DNA from: Podarcis vaucheri
Taxonomy: Eukaryota
DNA length: 64,000 bases
Strand: one strand, 5' to 3'
NCBI GenBank assembly: GCA_965113315.1
Contig: OZ220368.1
The translations under genes and the position numbers were made by a program. A model generated the notes under the pieces. It was not told the origin of the DNA. It saw only the letters and a program-made list of their open reading frames with translations, and searched no databases. The stretch's first letter is position 1; every line of letters starts with the position of its first letter. Below, in pieces: positions 51,135-60,680 of this stretch.

Positions 51135-51939
51135 GGAAGAGAGGATTTGGTTTTAATCCAGTTGTAAATCAGTGTTGGTAACTCTGAATTAGAGACAGAG
51201 CAATTTCAGCCCTCTCTGTTCCCGATTCTTCTCAAATCTTAAATCCGGTTCTCCACATTTCTGCAGCAATTTGCAATCCTCGTGAAAATTCTTCCGCGTG
51301 TTGTTGTCAATTTATCCCAATAAGCACATTTTTGTATGCGGCTTTGACTTACAGAGTCCAGATTTTTTGCAAGCAATTCCTCCTAAAAGAACACATTTTT
51401 GAATGTTATTTTCTCCAATATATTCATATTTATGCGTATTTTTTTACCTTACAAATATGCATTTTTGTAAACCGTACTTGGTTGGAGAACTGCATCATTT
51501 ATTATTATTTTTGGATGAATGCGGAAGGCTGTGCTTCAGTTTTCGTATTACAGGTGTCCCCCCCCCCAATCTATGTGGGGGGTTACATTCCAGGAGCTCA
51601 TACGCATAAGTGAACTTGCATAAAGTGGGGAGCACCCTCTGAAAAACCTCTTAAAAGCCTCTAAACACCTGTTTCTTCCTGCTGTCCAGCTCTCTCTCCA
51701 CACAACTCCCTCTCCAACTAGAGTCAAAGCTCTGGGGCCGGCTGGACGCTGGACGATGCACGGAAAAGCATCTGTGCAGCTACTGCTGCGCTACTCCGAG
51801 TGTTTGCTGCTAGACGGGGAGCCGAGCAGCCTAAACAAAGCCCCACTGTGCCTCAGGTCTCTTTGGGGCTTCCTCCGCCCTCACTGACATCTTCTCCAGG
51901 CTCTGAGGAGATCTCCAGAGCTCTCCTTCCACTTCCTGG

Positions 51940-52621
51940 TTTGTTGTTGTTTAGTTGTTTAGTCGTGTCTGACTCTTCGTGACCCCATGGACCAGAGCAC
52001 TCCAGGCACTCCTGTCTTCCACTGCCTCCCGCAGCTTGGTCAAACTCATGCTGGTAGCTTCGAGAACATTGTCCAACCATCTCATCCTCTGTCATCCCCT
52101 TCTCCCTGTGCCCTCAATCTTTCCCAGCAACAGGGACTTTTCCAGGGAGTCTTCTCTTCTCATGAGGTGGCCAAAGTATTGGAGTCTTAGCTTCAGGATC
52201 TGTCCTTCCAGTGAGTGCTCAGGGCTGCTTTCCTTCAGAATGGATAGGTTTGATTTTCTTGCAGTCCACGGGACCCTCAAGAGTCTCCTCCAGCACCATA
52301 ATTCAAAAGCATCAATTCTTCGGCGATCAGCCTTCTTTATGGTCCAGCTCTCACTTCCAAACATCACTACTGGGGAAACCACAGCTTTAACTATATGGAG
52401 CTTTGATGGCAAGGTGATGTCTCTGCTTTTTAAGATGCTGTCTAGGTTTGCCATTGCTTTTCTCCCAAGAAGCAGGCGTCTTTTAATTTTGTGACTGCTG
52501 TTCCCATCTGCAGTGATCATGGAGCCCAAGAAGGTAGAATCTCTCACTGCCTCCATTTCTTCCCCTTCTATTTGCCAGGAGGTGATGGGACCAGTGACCA
52601 TGATCTTCCTTTTTTTGATGT
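51940..52621 (-). mobile_element. RTE-BovB LINE 3' fragment
   Basis: Minus-strand KIMVTGPITSWQIEGEEME...IKRRLLLGRKAM...IDAFELWCWRRLLRVPWTAR...LQYFGHLMRREDSLEK; (AAC)n tail; premature TGA at 52092-52094. Confidence 0.95.
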
Positions 52622-52779
52622 ACCGTTCTATTTATTTATTTAATTATTTCCTGGCAAAGCATGCATGCGCGGCTGCGCACGAGTCGGTGGGGGGTGCCTG
52701 CATTTCAGAAACTGCGGATTGGGTCGATTTGGCTTTGAAATGTGACCCGAGTCGCCTTTTTGTCCTCCGTACAGTCTCT

Positions 52780-53078
52780 GAATAGGTATGTATCTCCCCA
52801 GGTGCATTGAAACACACATCCAGAAACAGGTGCATTGAAACAGGCTCATCTCAGCTATCTGCCAATCTCCCATTCCCACCACCCTTCTGAGTAATACCCC
52901 TCCCCACCTTCTCACTATATAGAAGGGTCTGGCAAATTCTGTTTCAGTGTATCTGAAGAAGTGTGCGTGCACACGAAAGCTCATACCAAGAACTAACTTA
53001 GTTGGTCTTTAAGGTGCTACTGGAAGGATTTTTTTTATTTTGACTATGGCAGACCAACACGGCTACCTATCTGTAACT
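52780..53078 (+). mobile_element. Penelope-like element terminal (pLTR) fragment
   Basis: TATA-like ctatatag, hammerhead core, then ttagttggtctttaaggtgctac and accaacacggctacc, as recalled for reptile Penelope ends; left boundary approximate. Confidence 0.75.
52949..52986 (+). ncRNA. Minimal type I hammerhead ribozyme motif
   Basis: gtat-CTGAAGA-a-gtgtgc-gt-gcacac-GAAA-gc-TC-atac: core boxes intact, stem I gtat/atac, stem II gtgtg/cacac, palindromic AGCT in place of stem III. Confidence 0.85.
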
Positions 53079-53362
53079 GAAACAACATCCAGAAAGTATA
53101 AGGTGTCTGGAATTCGCATCAGCTACACGCCTAGCAGACAACTTCTTGGGCGTAGCAGCATTTATGTTGGGGGGGGGGCGCCCGCTTGTCCTCATCCTCC
53201 GTCTGGCTCCGTCTAGCAGATTCGGAACGAAACATCTCCACAACAATTGTTTTAAATGACTTTCTGTTGACCTCAAGCTCTCGGGGAAAAATCTGTCAAA
53301 ATCTTCAATGGTTTCAAAACTAGGGAATTAAATAAAAATAATAACATCGTTGACTGAGGCCC

Positions 53363-53502
53363 GAGGGCTTTCCGCAGTATAAATAGCCTGTGGGGAATTT
53401 CCAGTCGTTTCTAGACAGGCCTCGCAGGGGCGCACTCTCAGGAGAGAAGGCCAAGAACTATGAGAAGCTTCTAGAAGCTGAGCTACCTGTGATGCGATTG
53501 GT
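53363..53502. promoter_or_regulatory. Putative promoter/enhancer module: TATA box, two kB-like sites, heat-shock element, CCAAT box
   Basis: TATAAATA 53378-53385; GGGAATTTCC 53393-53402; aGAAgcTTCtaGAAg 53463-53477; ATTGG ~53497-53501; locally CpG-rich. Motif evidence only. Confidence 0.45.
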
Positions 53503-54260
53503 CGGTTTGCGGAAGCCACACCTATCGCTCTGCCGGTTGCGTCTCTCGAACGCGCCACAACACCATCCAAGTGACCTCCGTGAGCGCTTTCAAATATTCT
53601 GATCATTCCTACTTTTGGCTAAGTGTTTTATTTATTTACTTACTTGATTTAGGGGGAGCAGTTCCCGCCCCCCTGACCAAGCCCATGGGAAACTTCCACC
53701 TTGTTAGATTGGGGCATTTTGGTGCACCCACCTTGGACATTTTCAGGCAGGGAGATCACTTTGTGCGTGGTAATGACAGCTTTCAATATAAGGACAGCAC
53801 CTGCCCCCTCCCTCTCTTAGGAAAAGCCATGTACTGCATCCCTCCTATTTTGTACCTTTCTCAACTCCGTTGCCACGATGCTTTGCGTTCACAAGGACAG
53901 GTTTCCGGAGGTGGGGGAACCCTATGGCGAAAATACACTAGAGAATCGGCACAGTAATATGATGAAGACACTGTTGCCAAGGAGCAGAATGTTTTAAGCA
54001 AGAGCGTGGTTTTTTCCTCCCCATATTGCAACTAAAGATTTGATCTAAAATTAGATTTTTTTGATTTTTTTAAAAAAGGGGGAAAGGAGGAAATAAACCA
54101 ACCACATCCTCACGGGGGGGGGGGGCGTCGGAGGAAATGGAAGTAAATGTGAGCAAAGGAATTTCTTCTCCATCCTGGAAATCAGTGCTGCGGGAGAGGT
54201 CCAGGAAGAGACCAGAGGGGTGTGATTTGAGAACTCCAGTGGGTGGCGATGGAGGCAGGG

Positions 54261-54299
54261 GGAGAGAGATCTGGGAGAGAGATCTGGGAGAGAGATCTG
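54261..54299. repeat. 13-bp tandem repeat ggagagagatctg x3
   Basis: Three perfect units upstream of GPR88. Confidence 0.95.
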
Positions 54300-55117
54300 T
54301 CTCTGTAATTGCAGGCTTTTCAGTGCAAGCTAGGTTCTTTCTTTTTCTTTCCCCCCTCCCCTCCCCTCTCTCCCCCTCTCTCCTGCTCTCGCAAGCCTGA
54401 AACCTGCTGAATAATTCATAAACATGAGAAGCGCCGAATTTCCCCAGGCTGATAATACAGTGTGCATGCTGTAAAGCGAGAGAAGATGCTCCAGGTCTTC
54501 GGATGAGCTGCTGCCGCTCTTGAGGCCATTGCCCAGAGGGTGCTGGGACTCCTGGTATTTCCACAGCTGAGGTTTCTTTTTTTTTCTGCCTTGCTTCCTT
54601 CCTTGCTCGCCTGCCTGTCTTTGGGCACTCGTTGCTGCCTGCACTCGACCAGGAGAATCTAACTTTGCTGCAGTCATGGAGATTTGGATGCAAGCTCTGG
54701 ATTTCGCCCTCCTTCTGCTTGCCTGGCTTGCAAACACCAGCCTTGGATCCATCAGCAAGCTTGTTCTTTCGTGATCTGGCATACTTGCAGCCTCCTCTGT
54801 GTAGAAATATGGTGAAGAAGACTCACGTATCCCTTCTTTCACCTCTGCCAACAACTGACTCTGGAGACCTGGCACGATCGGAGAAGTTGGTGTTTATCCA
54901 TGGGAGCCAGTCTTGCTCTCTGCCTGTTTTGGAGATCGCCGTCTACATTCTGGGACGTCATGTATGTTTGGTACTTTTGTGACGATCTGCTTTGGCTCCT
55001 GCTGTGTTCTGCCTGGTCTAGGAGATTTTCCTGGATTTCTTCCTGGCTCAGCTTAGCCTTCTCCAGAACTGAGCAGTGCTGAGGTTGGTCTGGAGCGCCT
55101 CACTGGTGCGCCACACA

Positions 55118-56233
55118 ATGCCCAATATCTCCTTCTCCTCTTCTTCTTCCTCCTCCTCCTGGAGCTCTAGATCCTTGCAACAGCTGCTTTGCGAAGAAGA
55201 CTCCTTGGGGACGAGGATCTCTTTGTCTCTCTTCTACTTGCTGCTAGCCATCTACGGGACCATATCCAACATCATGGTCATCTACCTGGTCTTCACCTTC
55301 AGGAAGCTACGCACCACCAGCAACGCTTTCATTGTCAATGGTTGCGTTGCGGACCTGAGTGTCTGTGGCCTTTGGATGCCGCAAGAAGCGGTGCAGGGGC
55401 TGCTCCCTTCTGGGTCCCCGACAGTGCGGTCAGAAGGGTACCGGTTGCTCCGTGCTGGGCTGGTGGGCCTTGGGCTCATCGTCTCACTGCTCTCCCACCT
55501 GCTGGTGGCCCTCAACCGCTATGTCCTCATCACCAAGCCGCCCATCACGTACCAGGCTGTTTACCAGAGGAAGCACACGGCCTGGATGATCAGCTTGTCC
55601 TGGGGGCTGGCCCTCCTCCTCGCCTCCGTCCCCCCAGGACTGCAGATGTGGCAACCCAGCCGACAGGAGTCTCAAAATGGCACCAGTACCAAGAGCTCAA
55701 ACTACGTGGGCCTTCTGGTAGCCCTGGCTGTCCTCATCCAGACAGTCCTCCTGCTCCACTGCTACATGGGGATTGTCAGGAGGGTGAGGGGCAGCGTCAA
55801 GCGCGTCAGCGTCCTCAACTTCCACCTGCTCCAGCAGCTCCCCTTCCCAGCAGCCCCGGGGGCTCCCCGCCGGGCCCGGCGCCTCAGCAGCATCTCTGTC
55901 TTGCTTCTCTGCCTCGCGTTCCTCCTGGCCACACAGCCTTTGGTGTGGGTCAGCTTGCTGGGCTTTTTCGTCTGGCCCATGCCCCGGGGGCTGCAGATCG
56001 CCAGCTGGCTGCTCTTCTGCTCTCTCTCGGCCTTCAACCCGCTGCTCTATACGTGGAAGAACGAGGAGTTCCGCCGCTGTGCCCGCTTAGTGCTACCCGG
56101 AGGGGAAAACCCGGCGGTGGCGGTAGCTGCCGCAGCGGCCACTACCGCCCTCCCCACAGTGTCTCTTCCCTCGCAGGAGCCATCGCAGCTGGGGACCAAA
56201 GTGGAAAGTCTAGGCAGCTTAGTGCTTCACTGA
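55118..56233 (+). CDS. GPR88: G protein-coupled receptor 88, 371 aa, single coding exon
   Basis: acaATG start (the ORF-track start at 55076 is an upstream GTG); seven hydrophobic segments; GPR88 motifs LLCEE, FRKLRTTSNAFIVNGC, WMPQEAV, VALNRY, VKRVSVLNFHLL, LATQPLVWVSL, NPLLYTW; synteny with CDC14A as in mammals. Confidence 0.97.
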   Translation: MPNISFSSSSSSSSWSSRSLQQLLCEEDSLGTRISLSLFYLLLAIYGTISNIMVIYLVFTFRKLRTTSNAFIVNGCVADLSVCGLWMPQEAVQGLLPSGSPTVRSEGYRLLRAGLVGLGLIVSLLSHLLVALNRYVLITKPPITYQAVYQRKHTAWMISLSWGLALLLASVPPGLQMWQPSRQESQNGTSTKSSNYVGLLVALAVLIQTVLLLHCYMGIVRRVRGSVKRVSVLNFHLLQQLPFPAAPGAPRRARRLSSISVLLLCLAFLLATQPLVWVSLLGFFVWPMPRGLQIASWLLFCSLSAFNPLLYTWKNEEFRRCARLVLPGGENPAVAVAAAAATTALPTVSLPSQEPSQLGTKVESLGSLVLH

Positions 56234-56299
56234 CACCCCCCCTAAATTCGCACGCTCTTAGGTGAAAAGGTGTTGGGAGACGTTAGCCTTGGACTCAGG

Positions 56300-56640
56300 C
56301 AGGGGTCAGCAAAGTTTTTGTGGTTCACGGTCCCGCAGATGCCGCAGTGGGCTGGAGTGTGTGTGTGTGCATGCATGCACGCTCAAATGATATTTCCGGC
56401 ACTACTTCCTGCATGGAGGAGGCGTGCAAAGCTTCCCATTGGCTGCAGGAGCTTCCTGCAGCCAATGGGAAGCCGGCCAGCATTGTGAAAGGCGGTCCCA
56501 GCTCTGCTCTGGTGTGTGGCACACGGGAGCTGACAAAGCGGGCAGCGCGGGTCCCCGAGGGGGCTGTGGGGGTCCATGGGCTGATTAAATGACCCCCATG
56601 GGCTGCTTGTGACCCATGGGCCTTAGGTTGCTGACCCCTG
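56300..56640. mobile_element. hAT MITE in the proximal GPR88 3'UTR
   Basis: Perfect 13-bp TIR caggggtcagcaa; TSD gactcagg/aactcagg; starts 67 nt after the stop codon. Confidence 0.92.
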
Positions 56641-59349
56641 AACTCAGGTATCGCATGTGGGCCATTGTCAGCAGGTGGACATGTTGTCCTTTACGGAGGT
56701 TGCTTCCAGATAACCTGCTTAGCCATCATTTACGTTGATTCGTTTGCGCAAAGTCCACAGGGAGGTTAGATGATGCTAGCTATTTATTGTCTGTTCTGAT
56801 TGGTTTGCAGTGAGGTCAGGTGACCTCATGCTGGGCAAGTGTCACGGCAAACTTTCTGGTGCCACTTTCCTCATGGCAAAAAAAAGTTCCCTTTGGGAGA
56901 GCAAGTGGTTTAGTTGCTCAATATCCATTTTTAATGGTACAACCTGAATTTGCCTGGACGGGACGAAATCCCATCTGAAAATAGCAACAGTCTGGAAGAG
57001 CCCTTATTAGATTTCCCCCCCCCCCCAGAAATGGGAAGTCTGGATTAAACAGGGTATGGCCGGGGGCGGGGAGGAGGATACAACTGAGGCTGCATGCACG
57101 AAGAACGGCAATCCCATAATAAGCAGCCATCTGGAAGCACCCACCAAATGACTCACTGAACTGCACAGTACTCCACTCCCTACGGAGAGGCTTTTAAAAA
57201 ATAAAATAATGCACAGACACTTGTCAGCTTTAAAATATATATATTTGTATCAAATCTCTTTCGCACTTTGTGGAGTTTTTCAGAAAAAACTCAGTGCAGT
57301 CAAGCGGATGAAAAGGTCTGATTATATACCTCAATTTTTGGCCTCTCCGTGTCTTCACTGTTTCGCCTGAACGTTTTGCATTCCTTCTTGGCTTTTACAA
57401 ACTGCCAACGGAGGAGACTGGCTTGAAAAGGAGAGATTGCCTTAGCCGATGGATAAGGAGCACACGGTGGCCACGGATAAGATGCAAAGGATGCATCTGA
57501 AAGATTTCGGAAAACAGGGGGAAAGACTTTCCGTCTGAGCCATTGGAAACCTATCACCAGAGGCAGACAAGGCTTCACTCCTTAGAGAATCTCGGGCATT
57601 AAGACTCCTGGAAACTGTGGTTTCTTAAGGATGCTGGGCTATGTAGTTCTGTGAGAGGCAAACTACAGTTCCCATGATTATTTGGGGATGTTTTTTAAAT
57701 GTACGCTGGTGCTGTCTTTCTGCTTGGTTTACGAACAGTGGACTTTTTTTTGGCACACCCAAGGCAGAAGTAATCTACCCCTCAGTTCGTAATTATCCAA
57801 AGCAAGTGAGCTAGGGCAAATATCTCCCTTTTTTAGGGTTGAGAACTCCCCATGATGAGAAACGACGGCAGAGAGCACAGAGGGGGGAGTTAAAGCAGCT
57901 GCTGTGAGGTCCTAAATTCTCCAACCGAACAGCTCACTGGGCAACCTGTGGGCAAGTAGCCATTTTGGGTTGTATCTGACTCTACGTAGGATAGACCCAA
58001 CTGGAATGAACGAACTGAAGTGAGTCATGCCCATTAATTTCAATGGGTCGACTGGGGATGGCTAGTGTTGAATGAACCCCTACAATCTTAGCCTACCTCA
58101 TGAAAGGGGTTGTGTGTGTGTGACAGGTGCCCTTAGGGCATGAGGAAAAGGCAACAGTGAACATAGAGGTTCTGTTCATAGGTTAGGAGAGGAGAATCTC
58201 TCCTATGGCCCCATCAGTGGAAGTAAAGGTTCCCAGTCTCATGGGCAGTGGCTCAACCCTAGGAATTGGGTGGGGTGGGGGGTTCAGTCTAATTTGCATT
58301 TAAAGGTGAAGCTTCCCTCGTTCGCACTTCCCAGTACAATAAGTGGACCAAAGCACTTCTCTGAATTCTCCAGTGGTGTTTTCCAGGCAAATAATGTGTA
58401 CTAAAATGCATATATTATGGAGAAATGTACTTAAAGATGCATATATTGATGACAATGGCATATCTCCTTCCTAAATCATTACGTTAGAGGGAAACGGCTT
58501 GCCGGAAAAGGTATATATAGTAAATAAAATTGCATACAAACTTGTGTTAGGAGAAATTCCCCTAAGAACGTGGGTGAATTTTCATGACGACTTTTTTAAA
58601 AAAAAAATCACAAACTAATATGTTTTCATATTTAGCGTTGTAAAAATCATACAAAATCCAATGAAAATAATATTTTTAAAAGACTAAAAAGAAAAGAAAT
58701 GTGGAGAACTGAGCTCAAGATTGAAAAAATGAGAAACAGAAAAATCAAAATGGACTCTTTCCTCATCCCTGATGTCCCTGAATTCAGTCATTTACTTCCA
58801 GCCATTTTATGGAACGGCAGCCATTTTTTAATGGGCAGGAAAACCAAAGCACTGCCATATCCTGAAGCTGTTGACCCTAAACATTGCCAGACTTCAGCAC
58901 TCACTATTCCTGACCATGCTAGCGAAGGCTGATTGGAGTTGGGCGTCCGAACCATTGAGAAACCACCATGTTGGGGAAGGCCGCTGTAATGTTACAGTCA
59001 TGTTTGCAAGCACTGTCCCAGGCTTGCACAAATATATGCTGTAGTAATGATGAAACCCCTACTGCTAGCTGGCTTTCTTGTGGAGATCTTGGAAGGAATG
59101 GAGCTGTGTGGCCAATACACTCTTGGTCCCTGGATCACAGGAGAGAGAGAACAGAGTGGCTTCTGACTGAGTCTATGAACGTTGACCAAACTTGGTCTAC
59201 ATTACATTGGTTGTGGTAGCTACCATGTTCTCCAGATGTTCCTGGACTCCAGCTCCTGCCAGCCCCAAGCCAGCATGGCCAGAGGCCAAAGATAATGAGA
59301 GTTGTAGTCCAACAACATCTGGAGAGTACAGTATTGCCTACTCTTAATA

Positions 59350-59734
59350 AAGGTAAAAAGGTAAAGGACCCCTGGACGGTTAAGTCCAGTCAAAGGCGAC
59401 TCTGGGGTTGTGGAGCTCATTTCGCTTTCAGGCCAAGGGAGCCGGTGTTTGTCCGCAGACAGCTTTCCAGGTCATGTGGCCAGCATGACTGAACCGCTTC
59501 TGGCGCAACAGAACACCGTGACAGAAACCAGAGTGCACGGAAACACAGTTTACCTTCCCACCACAGCAGTACCTATTTATCTACTTGCACTGGTATGCTT
59601 TCGAACTGCTAGGTTGGCAGGAGCTGGGACAGAGCAACGAGAGCTCACCCCGTCGCAGGGATTTGAACCGCCGACCTTCTGATCAGCAAGCTCAAGAAGC
59701 TCAGTGGTTTAGACCACAGCGCCACCCGCATCCC
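59350..59734 (-). mobile_element. Sauria SINE, full length
   Basis: tRNA-like head on the minus strand, (aggtaa) tail; diverged ~16-bp TSD ttgcctactcttaata/ttacctactgctaata. Confidence 0.93.
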
Positions 59735-60318
59735 TTTACCTACTGCTAATAGTATACGTTGATGCAGGTTTCTACAGAACATTTTCCCTGGCACTGAGCC
59801 AAGATGGGATGGCCATCTGGCCCCTTCCATCCTATGACTCAGTGAACAATCTCCTTGAATAAGGTGGGAGAACTATTTTTACAGGTACAGATTTACCAGC
59901 TCTACCTATGAACAAAAGCAGGTTTCATCTTTCCTAATATGGAATTTTGCAGCCCGCTTGAACGTTGCTCTCTCTCTCCCCAGAATGCAGAGGCTGATGA
60001 CAGCTGACAGTGGGTAGGCTGCTAAGTTAAGCCTCCAAGGGGGCACGATGTGAGCTAGTACTGAACACATGTCATTGTTTGTGCTGCTGCAGCAGATCTA
60101 AAAGGCAGAATTAATGCGCTGGGTACAAGGCTGTGCTCCCATGCTTTCCATGGGAAGGATTTGGGAGGGTCCAGCTTTGTGATTAGGCAAAGCCATTATA
60201 GGATATACTGCAGCCATCGAGATGCTTTTTAATATATTGTTTTCGTATTTATTTTTAGGGCACAATATATCACCATAACAGTTAGAATTCCATATATATT
60301 TACCTAATATTGATATTA

Positions 60319-60680
60319 GGGAAGCAGGTGGCGCTGTGGGTTAAACCACAGAGTCTAGGACTTGCCGATCAGAAGGTCAGTGGTTCGAATCCCCATGACG
60401 GGGTGAGCTCCCGTTGCTCGGTCCCTGCTCCTGCCAACCTAGCAGTTTGAAAGCACTACGTCAAAGTGCAAGTAGATAAATAGGTACCGCTCCGGCGGGA
60501 AGGTAAACGGCGTTTCCATGTGCTGCTCTGGTTCGCCAGAAGCGGCTTAGTCATGCTGGCCACATGACCTGGAAGCTGTACACCGGCTCCCTCGGCCAAT
60601 AAAGCAAGATGAGTGCCGCAACCCCAGAATCAGTCATGACTAGACATAATAGTCAAGGGTCCCTTTACCCCTTTACCTTT
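60319..60680 (+). mobile_element. Sauria SINE, full length, different subfamily
   Basis: A box ggtggcgctgtgg, B box ggttcgaatcc, (tttacc) tail; perfect TSD aatattgatatta (60306-60318, 60681-60693). Confidence 0.95.

Noticed and set aside
54070-54982. Several 100-200 aa ORFs upstream of GPR88 on both strands
   Set aside because: Low-complexity translations of purine/pyrimidine tracts with no recognisable protein; more likely promoter or 5'UTR/intron sequence.
55076-55117. 14-aa N-terminal extension of GPR88 in the ORF track
   Set aside because: Begins at GTG; the first ATG (55118, A at -3) matches the known N-terminus position.
55189-56265. 358-aa stop-free alternative frame overlapping GPR88
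   Set aside because: Starts at TTG and has no internal Met. It is the expected shadow of high GC at third codon positions in GPR88, and the peptide is unrecognisable.
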